From Minisyncoccota bacterium (GTDB lineage Bacteria > Patescibacteriota > Minisyncoccia > Phycocordibacterales > UBA9973): a stretch of 64,000 bases of DNA. The notes under the pieces were generated by a model that saw only the letters and a program-made list of their open reading frames with translations, ran no database searches and was not told the origin of the DNA. Where the stretch lies: NCBI GenBank assembly GCA_041666225.1, contig JBAYHJ010000005.1:2320-66319 (forward strand), read 5' to 3'. Positions 48,118 to 59,040 of the stretch are shown one piece after another (positions within the stretch are counted from its first letter, which is position 1; the number at the start of each line of letters is the position of its first letter). The position numbers and the translations under genes are program-made.

Positions 48118-50337
48118 TTATTCAGTTTCTTCTTTTCTGCCTTTAATCTTCACATTTCTCCAGCCCTGAATCTGTTTCTTGTCTATTGCTTTAGTTCCGT
48201 CAATGATATAACCACTATGATTAGGCAATTTTCTACCTAAAAATTTCTTATCAACAATTGGCAAATTATAGAATTTCGCGTATCGCGCGCACTCTTCGTA
48301 CATCGCATCTTTACTTACCCAAGCACTCGTTTCTTCTTCTAGGCAATCTTTAACAAAGTTAGCTACCATAGAGCCAGAAAGTAACATTTCTTTCTTTACT
48401 TCTTCTGGAGTTTTACCATAGCTAAAATCTTGCTTTTGTAAGATTTCACTTAATCCAAACAGTGATAAATTCAATAATCCAGATAATTCTTCTTTAGTTG
48501 TCATTTTATCTGTAAGGAATTTATCCACTCTTGTAATTTCCGCTAGGAACGGAACAATGATCCATCTGCTGAAATAGGCATCGTCATTGGTATCTTTTAC
48601 GTCTGGAATCTTATTACAAGCAAATGTTAATTTAGCGAAGTTCTGAAACTGAAATTGTTCTCCAAACTTCTTTTCACCGCTAATAATTCCACCACCAGTA
48701 GCTATCTTAAACAATCCATTGTCATTAATATCGCTGAAAGAAAGATCATCATATACATTTATATGTTTGTTATATAAGTGAGAAGATGCAAATTTGTCAG
48801 AGACTATCTTTTGTAGACTAATTCCTGAGACATTTTCTTTCCCTATAAATCTTTCGAACAATTTTATTAAGGTAGATTTTCCTGTATCTTTCTCTCCTAC
48901 AAAGATAATGGCTTTCTTAATGAAGTAATTTCTGTAGAGACAAAACCCGAACCATTCTAGAATTATTTTTTGATCCTCTGGCAAAATCTCATTCAGAAAG
49001 TTACTAATTACTGGACACATTGCATTCACATTGTAATTAACAGGAACCTTAGTGAAGAATAAGTATTCAGGACTATGTGGCATAAATTCTTTATTTTTAA
49101 TGTTAAATATTCCATTATTAAGATTAATGAAATTCTTATTAACATTAAAATCTTCTAAATCTGCCAAGGTTGAATCCTTAATCATTTCAATGATATTATT
49201 CTTGTTAGTAGTTGTCGTAAGCTCTTCTAATATTTCTTGAATTTCTGCCTTTATATTATTTAAGCCTAAAACGTAGATGCCATCTTTGTAGATGTAAATA
49301 TCGCGTATTCTTTCCCCGATGGTTTTAATGTGATATTTCTTAATGAGATATTTGGCAATTTCATATGATGTTTCTTTAGGGTGATTCAAGAAGTTACTCT
49401 TGAAATTTACATCTTCCGATATTTTTAGTACTAGATCTTTCTTCTTTTCCTGCTGGGATTGAATAGCAACCATAATTGTGTGTTCTCTATAATCCTTTCT
49501 TATCTGTGTTTTAACTCTTGCCCCAAGTGGTGAACTAAGCCATAGACGTTCCATTTGTTCTGCGTTGCAATCTGTCCAATAAGCTAGGTGCGAACATAAA
49601 GCTAAATCAGCCACAGAGTCATCGTTATTATGTGCAGTTGTATCACCGTTATACAGTAATTTAATTTTATCTCCTATTTTAGATGCGAACATTTTGGAAA
49701 GAATGATCTCATCGTCAATTGATGGAATAGCAACTGGAAATATGGCGGTTTGTTGCACTCCTTGCTTGCCCCATGGATAACCAATAATTGAGAGTAGTGC
49801 TATTGCTTCCTCTGGAGTAACTGTGCGGACAGGTAACGCTTCTTCAAGAGGGTTATTTGTCACAGTGAAATAACGACCTGATGTATAAGCTTCAAATGGG
49901 CCTTTCCTATTTGCTATAAGCTTAAGCGGTGCTGTAAGCGATAAATAAAGATGCAGTCCACTTTCAGACGGACTAATCTCTGTGTAAGTTCCTGCTTCCT
50001 TAATAAGCTTAAGAATATTCTCTCTTTCTTCATGCATGATTTCATTACCATCTAAACAATGATCTATATCAATTCCAAGAAGTAGTTGGTCTGGCGTAAA
50101 GACTATTCCAATACCTTGCGATACATTTACTACTTCTTCATACATGTTCCAAGTTGATGGGTTATCTGTTGATGCAGTTCTTCCATCTAAACCAATTGGC
50201 AACTTTGTAACTCGACCATCTTCTCCTGTTTCTTCATACCTCCAATTAACCCAGCACTTTTGTTCGCCAAAGGTTGATGCAAGTATGTTTTCATCTTCTT
50301 TTTTTTCTGTTTTTACTAATTCTTCTTCTATACTCAT
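48118..50337 (-). CDS. NrS-1-like primase-polymerase fused to D5/SF3 helicase
   Basis: GIDIDHC, EISPSESGLH, YTSGRYFTVT, DDSVADLAL helical domain, GEKDTGKST Walker A. Confidence 0.88.
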   Translation of the reverse strand: MSIEEELVKTEKKEDENILASTFGEQKCWVNWRYEETGEDGRVTKLPIGLDGRTASTDNPSTWNMYEEVVNVSQGIGIVFTPDQLLLGIDIDHCLDGNEIMHEERENILKLIKEAGTYTEISPSESGLHLYLSLTAPLKLIANRKGPFEAYTSGRYFTVTNNPLEEALPVRTVTPEEAIALLSIIGYPWGKQGVQQTAIFPVAIPSIDDEIILSKMFASKIGDKIKLLYNGDTTAHNNDDSVADLALCSHLAYWTDCNAEQMERLWLSSPLGARVKTQIRKDYREHTIMVAIQSQQEKKKDLVLKISEDVNFKSNFLNHPKETSYEIAKYLIKKYHIKTIGERIRDIYIYKDGIYVLGLNNIKAEIQEILEELTTTTNKNNIIEMIKDSTLADLEDFNVNKNFINLNNGIFNIKNKEFMPHSPEYLFFTKVPVNYNVNAMCPVISNFLNEILPEDQKIILEWFGFCLYRNYFIKKAIIFVGEKDTGKSTLIKLFERFIGKENVSGISLQKIVSDKFASSHLYNKHINVYDDLSFSDINDNGLFKIATGGGIISGEKKFGEQFQFQNFAKLTFACNKIPDVKDTNDDAYFSRWIIVPFLAEITRVDKFLTDKMTTKEELSGLLNLSLFGLSEILQKQDFSYGKTPEEVKKEMLLSGSMVANFVKDCLEEETSAWVSKDAMYEECARYAKFYNLPIVDKKFLGRKLPNHSGYIIDGTKAIDKKQIQGWRNVKIKGRKEETE

Positions 50338-50339
50338 AT

Positions 50340-50609
50340 TTATTCGGTCTTCGAAAAATTTCTAGTTACAAATTTTAAGAACATTTCTGATAACTTAAAT
50401 GCACCTTCGAGACATTTTTCATTATCCACAATACGATTTACCGACTTTTCAACATCTTTAGCTGAAATAAATTTTGAGGATAATACTAACGTCAATGCCA
50501 TCAGAAGATCCTCCTTTGAATACTTATCAGCAAAGTTCGTATATTTGTGTCCTATCATAATGTTTTCAACTCCTACTTTTGCCTTTTTAGGGCTATTTTT
50601 TTTACTCAT
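50340..50609 (-). CDS. Hypothetical protein
   Basis: 89-aa ORF ending 2 nt before the primase start. Confidence 0.7.
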   Translation of the reverse strand: MSKKNSPKKAKVGVENIMIGHKYTNFADKYSKEDLLMALTLVLSSKFISAKDVEKSVNRIVDNEKCLEGAFKLSEMFLKFVTRNFSKTE

Positions 50610-51042
50610 ATTTTTTAATATATTATTTAATAATTGCAGGATGTTCCTTGCTTACTATTTCGTAAGCAAGGTTATCCCACATGGGGGGGCACTATTTAGT
50701 TTTTACGATTACATTTCTCACAAAATGTAAGACTTCGAAGAATATCAAGAGATTCGAAAGCATTTTTCATAATCACTTGGCATACATCATCCATTGTCAC
50801 AACTTCTTCACAGAAGTTATCTATTTCTTCTTTGAGCACCTTGGGCTCTTTTGTTTTCTTTTTTAACATGTGTTTTTATAGTTAGGCTATTAATCTTCCT
50901 CTCGACTGAGGATTCCTTCTATTATTTCAAATCCTCTTTTCAGACTTTGATTTTTTTTGAATTAGTGGAAAACATAAAAAAAAGAGCCCTATTTTTAAGG
51001 ACTCTTTTTAAATTTCCACTAAAATTTCGGAAATTTCTTCCA

Positions 51043-51882
51043 CTAACTCCCACTCTTTTCTCTTATTTTCATATAAACACTTTGATTTCCATCAGTAAAT
51101 TCAAGTGATATACTCAACCCTTTTTTTGAAGTTTTGCGTTGTAATTCTTTTAATCTATCTTTTAATATTTCTTTTTTTCTAGGCACTGTTAGATAATGGT
51201 CATTCTTTAATTTACTTGTTTTAGGAGTTGTTTGATCAAAAACAAACTCAATTCTCTTTGGTACTTCGATTGGCAAAAGGCATTCATATAATTTACTTGC
51301 AACATTATCAATTGCACCTATCTCAACGCTTTTTGAACCAAAATTTAGTAGTCTTCCTCCGTTTGCAGTTTGTAAAAGAGTTTCATTATTATTATTATTA
51401 TTCATACCCGTTCTTTTTTCTGTATTTGAACTTTTGAGATGCTTAATGTCTGTTATTGGTGATTGAGCAGTATTACTACTTGTTACATCTTCAAGCATTT
51501 GTTTTAACTCAAGATCTCTTATTCCAGTGTTTGGTTTGTATTCATCTCCCAGCAATTCAGCTCTCTTTTGTTCTGCTTTAGACACTAAATACCGAAGATT
51601 GGTTTCTGCTTTATATAAAACTTTTTTATCTTTTTCTTCTCTATATGGAAGATAAATAATATCCAAGGGGATCAAATATCCCTTATCTTTAAAATTTAAA
51701 TTTCCAGCGGGTATTTTTAATTCTCCTAATAAATTAAGTAAAATATTATATTTTTGATTAAGTTCTTTGTATTCTCCTGGATACTTAATAATTATTTTTA
51801 CTATTTGTAAAATATCAAAAGCACACTGTGAGAAATTATGTAGTGTAGTAGCTTTTACTTCTGTTAGTTTTGTCCTTGGCAT
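51043..51882 (-). CDS. Hypothetical protein, possibly a regulator with C-terminal winged helix
   Basis: Leaderless-type start after TGATATAAT; domain guess is weak. Confidence 0.6.
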   Translation of the reverse strand: MPRTKLTEVKATTLHNFSQCAFDILQIVKIIIKYPGEYKELNQKYNILLNLLGELKIPAGNLNFKDKGYLIPLDIIYLPYREEKDKKVLYKAETNLRYLVSKAEQKRAELLGDEYKPNTGIRDLELKQMLEDVTSSNTAQSPITDIKHLKSSNTEKRTGMNNNNNNETLLQTANGGRLLNFGSKSVEIGAIDNVASKLYECLLPIEVPKRIEFVFDQTTPKTSKLKNDHYLTVPRKKEILKDRLKELQRKTSKKGLSISLEFTDGNQSVYMKIREKSGS

Positions 51883-52043
51883 GGTTGGATTATATCAAAA
51901 ATATACTTTATAACCCAATATTAGGATTCCAATCCCTACTTATTAAGCATCTTCTAAAATTCAGTTTTAAGTGGTATACTTTTGACAGTTTATACTTATC
52001 AAGTGACTAGTTAAAATAACCTATAATATTACACAAATAACCC

Positions 52044-53141
52044 ATGTATTTAATTAATAAAGACAAGAATGACATTGAACAGCTTGAAGAAGTAACTTTT
52101 AAATCAGCAGGTTTTAAAGAACGACAACATCTCCAAGAATGGATAGCAAAGAATCCTTTATCACTAGGTGAGGATTTTCTAATTATTCAAAAAGAATTTG
52201 CTGGTTTTGATGATACAAATGAAAGACTTGATCTTCTGGCTTTAGATAAAAAAGGCAATTTAGTAGTTATTGAAAACAAGCTAGATGATACAGGTAGGAA
52301 TGTCGTATGGCAATCACTAAAGTATGCTTCATATTGTTCAAGCTTAACTAGTGAAGGTATTGAAGATATTTTTGATGAGTATTTAAAAAAGAATGGAATA
52401 AAAGAAAGTGCTAAACAGTTACTAGAAGACTTCTTTGATGATGAAGATTTTAAAGAGAAATTAAATACTGGAAATAGTCAAAGACTAATAATGGTTGCTC
52501 ACGAATTTAGAAAAGAAGTAACCTCAACTGTTTTATGGCTCCTTAACTTTGGATTGAGAGTTCAATGTTTTAAAGTTACACCTTACAAGCTAGGAGAAAA
52601 GTTTCTTTTAGATTTTTCTCAGATTATTCCTATTAAAGAAGCTGAAGATTATATTATAAAAGTTGCATCAAAGAATAGAGAAGAAATTGGTAATCAAGAA
52701 GAACTAGAAAATAGATATTCAGTTAGATATGATTTTTGGACAGAATTCTTAAAAGAAGTAAATAAAAAGAATAGTTTATGTGCAAACTTAAGTCCTAGCA
52801 AAGATGCTTGGATTGGCATAGGTTCTGGAGTAAGTGGAATAAATATAAACTTAGTTGTTACTAGGTCCTACGCTAGAGTAGAAATATATATAAATAAAGG
52901 AGTAGCTCAAAATAAAGAAGTGTTTGATTATTTCTTTAAACAGAAGGAGCAGATAGAAAAAGACTTTGGAGCACCCCTAGATTGGGCAAGAATGGATGAT
53001 AAGGTTACTTGTAGAATTAAGTGGCAATTAGATAGTGTTAGCATCTTTGAAGAAGCAGATCATAAGAAAATGAATGACTTCTTGATTGACGGACTAGAAA
53101 GAATGAAGAAAGCATTTACTGAACCAATAAAAAACTTATAA
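52044..53141 (+). CDS. NucS-like PD-(D/E)xK nuclease fused to DUF4268
   Basis: ERQHLQEWI, RLDLLALD, VIENK; C-terminal FWTEF domain. Confidence 0.8.
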   Translation: MYLINKDKNDIEQLEEVTFKSAGFKERQHLQEWIAKNPLSLGEDFLIIQKEFAGFDDTNERLDLLALDKKGNLVVIENKLDDTGRNVVWQSLKYASYCSSLTSEGIEDIFDEYLKKNGIKESAKQLLEDFFDDEDFKEKLNTGNSQRLIMVAHEFRKEVTSTVLWLLNFGLRVQCFKVTPYKLGEKFLLDFSQIIPIKEAEDYIIKVASKNREEIGNQEELENRYSVRYDFWTEFLKEVNKKNSLCANLSPSKDAWIGIGSGVSGININLVVTRSYARVEIYINKGVAQNKEVFDYFFKQKEQIEKDFGAPLDWARMDDKVTCRIKWQLDSVSIFEEADHKKMNDFLIDGLERMKKAFTEPIKNL

Positions 53142-53157
53142 TAATTAAAATAAATTT

Positions 53158-56157
53158 ATGGCTTTCAATGAAAATACAAGAGTAAAGATTCCAGCAATAT
53201 TACATCTATCCAAATTAGGATATGATTATATTTCTCTTTCAAATGCAAAGATAGATGAGAATACAAATATCTTCACTGATATATTTAGAGAGAGTCTTTT
53301 AAAAATAAATAAAGATGTTGAAGAACATGATATAAAGAAAACTTTTGATGAAGTTTCTCTTACTCTTGATAATGATGATCTCGGACAAGAATTTTATAAT
53401 AAGTTGATAGCAACATCTGGAATAAAACTTATTGATTTTAAAGATTTTAGTAATAACACCTTTAATGTAGTCACTGAACTTACCTACAAGAATGGAGATG
53501 ATGAATTCCGTCCAGACATTACGCTTCTTATTAACGGTATGCCTCTTGTATTTATAGAAGTTAAAAAACCTAATAATCAAGAAGGAATACTCGCAGAAAG
53601 AAATAGAATAAATGTAAGATTTAAGAATAAGAAGTTTAAAAAGTTTATAAACATTTCTCAGATCTTGGTATTTTCCAATAACATGGAATACGACTCTGAA
53701 TCAATCGTTCCTATCCAAGGAGCATTTTATGGGACACCATCATATCAAAATGCGAACTTTAATTGTTTTAGAGAAGAAGAAAAAATTGATTTAGCTAGGA
53801 TTTTAAAAGAAGAAGATGAAGATATTGAGAATATTGTATTGAAAGATAACAATTTATTGACAATAAAACATTCCCAAGAATTTATTACTAATAAAGATAA
53901 CAATACTCCCACAAATCGGATTTTAACTTCGTTATTTAGCAAAGAAAGAATAGCATTGCTTTTGAGATACAGTATTGCTTATGTTCAAGAAAAGAACGGA
54001 CTTGAAAAACACATAATGCGTTATCCTCAATTGTTTGCAACAAAGGCAATTGAAAATAAACTAGAAAATGGAATAACTAAAGGTATCATTTGGCACACAC
54101 AAGGTAGTGGCAAAACAGCACTTGCTTATTATAATGTAAATTATTTAACTGACTATTATCAGAAGAAAGAAATAATCCCAAAATTCTATTTCATTGTAGA
54201 TAGAATTGATCTAATGATTCAAGCTAAGAACGAGTTTGTAAATCGTGGTCTTACCGTGCATATAGTTAATTCTAAGGAAGAGCTTACGAAAGACTTTAAT
54301 TTATTAACAGCAATTCATAACCTCTCAGGCAAAAGAGAAATTACTGTTGTTAATATTCAAAAGTTTAAGGATGATACGGATGTATTAAAAACAATTGATT
54401 ATAATATAAATACACAGAGAGTTTATTTCTTAGACGAAGTACATAGAAGTTACAATCCTACAGGAAGTTTCTTGGCTAACCTTTTTAATTCAGATCGCAA
54501 AGCTATCATGATAGGGTTAACAGGAACTCCACTTATAACAAAAGATAGATTCTCCAGAGAAATCTTTGGAGACTACATTCATAAATATTATTACAATTCG
54601 TCTATTGCAGATGGATATACTTTAAAATTAATTAGAGAAGGTATAGAAAATAATTATAAAATTCAACTCGAAAAAACCTTAAAAGAGGTTGAAGTGATGA
54701 GTGGAGATGTAGAAAAACGAGTTATATATTCACATGAAAAATTTGTAGAGCCGATGCTTGAATATATAGTTGAAGATTTTATTAAAAGTAGAATAAGATT
54801 TGCTGACAATAATATTGGTGGAATGGTTGTCTGTGATAGTTCTGATCAAGCTAAGAAGATGTCTGAAATTTTCGAAAGAAAATATAAAGACACTGATAAA
54901 AATTTAACATCAGCTCTTATTCTCCATGATGTTGGAGACAAGGAAGAAAGAAAAAAAGAAATTGAAGATTTTAAAGCTGGTAAAATAGACCTCTTGTTTG
55001 TATACAATATGTTACTTACAGGATTTGATGCTAAACGACTTAAAAAACTTTATATAGGTAGAATAATCAAAGACCATAACTTACTCCAAACACTTACTAG
55101 AGTAAACAGACCATATAAAGAATTTAGATATGGATATGTTGTAGATTTTGCAGATATTCGTAAGGAATTTGATTCTACAAATAAGGCATATTTTGATGAA
55201 CTGCAACTAGAACTTGGAGATGAGATGAAGACATACTCTGGATTGTTTGCTTCCCAAGAAGAAATTGAGCAAGATATACAAGATATTAAAGAAATGTTGT
55301 ATCACTATGACTTAAATAATGCTGAAACTTTCTCTCAACAAATCAATCAAATAGAAGATCGTAGTGTTATATTAGAGCTAAAAAAGGCCTTAGAAAAAGC
55401 AAGAAATTTATATAATATCATTCGCTTACAAGGAAACTATGAATTATTAGAAAAAATTGATTTTAAAAAACTCAATCAGCTTTATAGTGAAACTTCTCAT
55501 CGTTTAGATTTACTTAATCTTAAGGATTCTCTTGCAAATAGTACTGATACAACAAATCTTTTAAATATTGCACTTGAAGACATAGTTTTCATGTTTCGTA
55601 AGGTATCAGAAGAAGAACTTATAATTGCAGATCAACTTAAAAACATGCTTCGAAAAACTCGTGAAGCACTTGGTGGAAATTTTGATCCAAAGGACCCACA
55701 CTTTGTTTCTTTATATGATGAATTAAAAAGATTATTTAATAAAAAGAATCTAGATGAAATTACACAAGAAGAGATGACTCAAAATATTGGTTCATTACAG
55801 CAAATCTACGACAAAGTAACAGAACTAAACCGCAGGAATAATTTATTAAAAGCAAAATATGAGAATGATGCGAAGTATGCTCGAATTCATAAGCGAATAT
55901 TAGAAAAAGGAAACATTACTACACGAGAGAGTGAAATAGGAGAAACTCTTTTAGATATTAAGAAACAAGCTGATGAGAAGGTATTACTTAACGCTAAATT
56001 ATTAAACAATGAAAGTTACTTTGATGGATTAATGATGCAAATGGTAATTGGAGGTTTTGAGAAAACAAATATTAAACTTGATTCTGAGTCAGCTAAATAT
56101 ATAAATAAATGCGTCGTAAGTGAGTACATTAATGAATTTCAAGGCACAATAGCATAA
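53158..56157 (+). CDS. hsdR: Type I restriction subunit R
   Basis: RPD...FIEVK, HTQGSGKT, DEVHR, TGTP, MLLTGFD, QTLTRVNR. Confidence 0.96.
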   Translation: MAFNENTRVKIPAILHLSKLGYDYISLSNAKIDENTNIFTDIFRESLLKINKDVEEHDIKKTFDEVSLTLDNDDLGQEFYNKLIATSGIKLIDFKDFSNNTFNVVTELTYKNGDDEFRPDITLLINGMPLVFIEVKKPNNQEGILAERNRINVRFKNKKFKKFINISQILVFSNNMEYDSESIVPIQGAFYGTPSYQNANFNCFREEEKIDLARILKEEDEDIENIVLKDNNLLTIKHSQEFITNKDNNTPTNRILTSLFSKERIALLLRYSIAYVQEKNGLEKHIMRYPQLFATKAIENKLENGITKGIIWHTQGSGKTALAYYNVNYLTDYYQKKEIIPKFYFIVDRIDLMIQAKNEFVNRGLTVHIVNSKEELTKDFNLLTAIHNLSGKREITVVNIQKFKDDTDVLKTIDYNINTQRVYFLDEVHRSYNPTGSFLANLFNSDRKAIMIGLTGTPLITKDRFSREIFGDYIHKYYYNSSIADGYTLKLIREGIENNYKIQLEKTLKEVEVMSGDVEKRVIYSHEKFVEPMLEYIVEDFIKSRIRFADNNIGGMVVCDSSDQAKKMSEIFERKYKDTDKNLTSALILHDVGDKEERKKEIEDFKAGKIDLLFVYNMLLTGFDAKRLKKLYIGRIIKDHNLLQTLTRVNRPYKEFRYGYVVDFADIRKEFDSTNKAYFDELQLELGDEMKTYSGLFASQEEIEQDIQDIKEMLYHYDLNNAETFSQQINQIEDRSVILELKKALEKARNLYNIIRLQGNYELLEKIDFKKLNQLYSETSHRLDLLNLKDSLANSTDTTNLLNIALEDIVFMFRKVSEEELIIADQLKNMLRKTREALGGNFDPKDPHFVSLYDELKRLFNKKNLDEITQEEMTQNIGSLQQIYDKVTELNRRNNLLKAKYENDAKYARIHKRILEKGNITTRESEIGETLLDIKKQADEKVLLNAKLLNNESYFDGLMMQMVIGGFEKTNIKLDSESAKYINKCVVSEYINEFQGTIA

Positions 56158-56160
56158 TAT

Positions 56161-57783
56161 ATGACACAAGATTTTACAATTCAAACAAAACAATTAATTG
56201 ATAACCTTAAGGGTATTTGTTCCTCTTATGGTTTAGGAAATGATGGTAATGAATTTAAAATCATTACTCAAGTGTTCTTGTATAAGTTTATGAACGATAA
56301 GTTTGGGTATGAAGTAAAACAGATTGATAATAGATTGCAAAAGGCTGAAAACTGGGAACAAGAAATATCTAAATATACTAACAAGGAGTATGATATGTTA
56401 CTTCTAAAAATGAATCCAGATAGTGCTAAACTTAAAAGAGAGCATTTTTTATCTAGTCTTCATAACAGACAAAACGATGAGGAGTTTGCTAAAATATTTG
56501 ATGATACATTGCTTGATATTTCTATTTTCAATAAAGATATCTTCTCTGTTAAGACTGAGACTGGAGCTAAAATAAAACTTTTTGATGAATTAAGTAATTT
56601 TATTACAGATAGTTCAAAGAGAGATGATTTTGCAAGAGCACTTATTAATCAACTTATTAATTTCAGTTTTGAGAAAACATTTAATCAAAAGTTTGATTTC
56701 TTTTCTACAATATTTGAATATCTTATTAAAGATTACAATAAAGATGGTGGAGGAAAATATGCTGAGTATTACACTCCTCATGTAGTATCAAAAATAATGG
56801 CTTCTATTTTAGTAGATAGTCCTGTAAAAAATGTAACTTGTTATGATCCATCTGCTGGTTCTGGAACTCTCCTTATGAATTTAGCACATGCTATCGGTGT
56901 GGATCGTTGTACTATTTACTCGCAAGATATTTCACAGAAGTCATCTAGTTTACTTCGTCTTAATCTAATTTTAAATAATCTAGTACATTCTATTCAAAAT
57001 ATTATTCAAGGTGATACTTTACTTGCTCCATATCATAAAACTGGTGATAAACTAATGACCTTTGATTATATAGTCTCGAACCCCCCATTCAAACTAGATT
57101 TTAGTAAAGAAAGAGATGATATCGAGTCTAAACAGAGTTATGGTCGTTTTTTTGCAGGAGTTCCTAAGGTTACACCTAAAAATCCAGACAAGATGGCAAT
57201 TTATTTGCTTTTTATTCAGCATATTATGTTTTCTTTAGCTTCTAATGGGAAAGCCGCTATTGTTGTTCCTACTGGATTTATCACTGCACAAAGTGGTATT
57301 GAAATGAAAATTAGAGAGAAATTAATTAATAAAAAAATGTTACGAGGAGTAGTTTCTATGCCGAGTAATATATTTGCGACTACTGGTACAAATGTATCTA
57401 TTTTATTTATTGATAAAACTAATACAGATGGTGATGTAATTCTCATGGATGCTTCTAGTTTAGGAACGAGTGTAAAAGAGGGTAAAAATAAAAAAACATT
57501 ACTTTCCCCAGAAGAAGAACAATTGATTATTAGTACTTTTAATAAACGTAAAGTAGAAGAAGATTTTTCTGTGGTTGTTTCGTATGACCAGATAAAAGAG
57601 AAGGGCTATTCTTTTAGTGCTGGGCAATATTTTGAGGTAAAAATTGAGTATATTAATATAACTCAAAAAGAATTTGGAACAAAAATGAGCAGATATAAAT
57701 TAAACCTTGCAGAATATTTCAAACAATCTCATGAGTTAGAACAAGAAATTAAAAAACAGTTGGAATTGTTAAAATATGAATAA
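56161..57783 (+). CDS. hsdM: Type I modification subunit M
   Basis: EYYTP, DPSAGSG, NPPF. Confidence 0.96.
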   Translation: MTQDFTIQTKQLIDNLKGICSSYGLGNDGNEFKIITQVFLYKFMNDKFGYEVKQIDNRLQKAENWEQEISKYTNKEYDMLLLKMNPDSAKLKREHFLSSLHNRQNDEEFAKIFDDTLLDISIFNKDIFSVKTETGAKIKLFDELSNFITDSSKRDDFARALINQLINFSFEKTFNQKFDFFSTIFEYLIKDYNKDGGGKYAEYYTPHVVSKIMASILVDSPVKNVTCYDPSAGSGTLLMNLAHAIGVDRCTIYSQDISQKSSSLLRLNLILNNLVHSIQNIIQGDTLLAPYHKTGDKLMTFDYIVSNPPFKLDFSKERDDIESKQSYGRFFAGVPKVTPKNPDKMAIYLLFIQHIMFSLASNGKAAIVVPTGFITAQSGIEMKIREKLINKKMLRGVVSMPSNIFATTGTNVSILFIDKTNTDGDVILMDASSLGTSVKEGKNKKTLLSPEEEQLIISTFNKRKVEEDFSVVVSYDQIKEKGYSFSAGQYFEVKIEYINITQKEFGTKMSRYKLNLAEYFKQSHELEQEIKKQLELLKYE

Positions 57784-59035
57784 GAAATATAAATTAAAAG
57801 AATTATGTGAAATTACTTCAAGTAAGCGAATATTTGCACATGAATACGTAGAAAAAGGTATATCATTTTTTCGAAGTAAAGAAATTATTGAATTAGCTAA
57901 TGAACAAAAAATAGATGAGCCATTATTCATTAGTGAAGAAAGATATAATGAGATAAAGAAAAAATTTAACATTCCTAAAAATGGAGATATTTTACTTTCT
58001 GCAATAGGAGCTAATCTCGGAATCCCTTATTGGGTTAATTTGGATTTTGAATTTTATTTTAAAGATGGAAATGTTATTTGGTTTAGAAACTTTTCATCAA
58101 AATTAGACAGTGAGTATTTGTTTTGGTGGATGAATACAAATTATTTTTTTAAACAATTTACAGATAAAGCAATTGGAGCTGCACAAAAAGCTCTCACTAT
58201 TGATTCATTAAATGAATATTTAGTTGAAGTTCCAAGTTTAAAAGAGCAAAGAGATGCTATAAAAATTTTTAGAGCAATATCAAAAAAAATTATAGTAAAC
58301 AACAAAATCAACGCTGAACTAGAAGTAATGGCAAAAACCTTATATGATTACTGGTTTATACAATTTGATTTTCCAAATAAAAATAATAAACCTTATAAAA
58401 ATAGTGGGGGTAAAATGATTTACAGTAATGAATTAAAAAAAGAAATCCCTGAAGGATGGGAAGTTGATAGAATAAATAAAAAGATTAAAATCGAATCAGG
58501 CTTTCCTTTTAATTCTGATGATTATTGCGAAAATGGAAAATATCAAATTATAACAATTAAGAACGTACAAGATGGATATTTAGATACTTCAACAGTAGAT
58601 AAAATTGACCTTATTCCTGATAATATATCAGATTTTTGTGTATTGGAAATTGGTGATGTCTTAATGTCTCTTACAGGCAATGTTGGAAGGATGTGTTTTG
58701 TGGATAAAGAAAATCTACTTCTAAACCAAAGAGTTGGTAAGTTGCTTGGAGAAAAAGAATTTATAATTTATACTTATTTATTTTTTAAGAGACCAGAAAA
58801 TCAAAAGAGGTTAGAAAAAATAGCTGGTGGAAGCTCACAGTCAAATTTAAGCCCAATAAATGCAGTAAAAGATTTTTTCATTATACCTTCACAAAATATA
58901 TTAAATGATTTTTCAAAAATTATCATCCCTATTTTTGAACAAATAATAAGAAATAAAAAAGAAAACAGAGAACTCTCAGAACAACGAGATTGGCTCCTTC
59001 CAATGCTAATGAACGGACAAGTAACCGTTAAATAA
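57776..59035 (+). CDS. hsdS: Type I specificity subunit S
   Basis: Two TRDs, central EIPEGW, C-terminal RDWLLPMLMNGQ. Confidence 0.95.
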   Translation: MNKKYKLKELCEITSSKRIFAHEYVEKGISFFRSKEIIELANEQKIDEPLFISEERYNEIKKKFNIPKNGDILLSAIGANLGIPYWVNLDFEFYFKDGNVIWFRNFSSKLDSEYLFWWMNTNYFFKQFTDKAIGAAQKALTIDSLNEYLVEVPSLKEQRDAIKIFRAISKKIIVNNKINAELEVMAKTLYDYWFIQFDFPNKNNKPYKNSGGKMIYSNELKKEIPEGWEVDRINKKIKIESGFPFNSDDYCENGKYQIITIKNVQDGYLDTSTVDKIDLIPDNISDFCVLEIGDVLMSLTGNVGRMCFVDKENLLLNQRVGKLLGEKEFIIYTYLFFKRPENQKRLEKIAGGSSQSNLSPINAVKDFFIIPSQNILNDFSKIIIPIFEQIIRNKKENRELSEQRDWLLPMLMNGQVTVK

Positions 59036-59040
59036 CAAAT

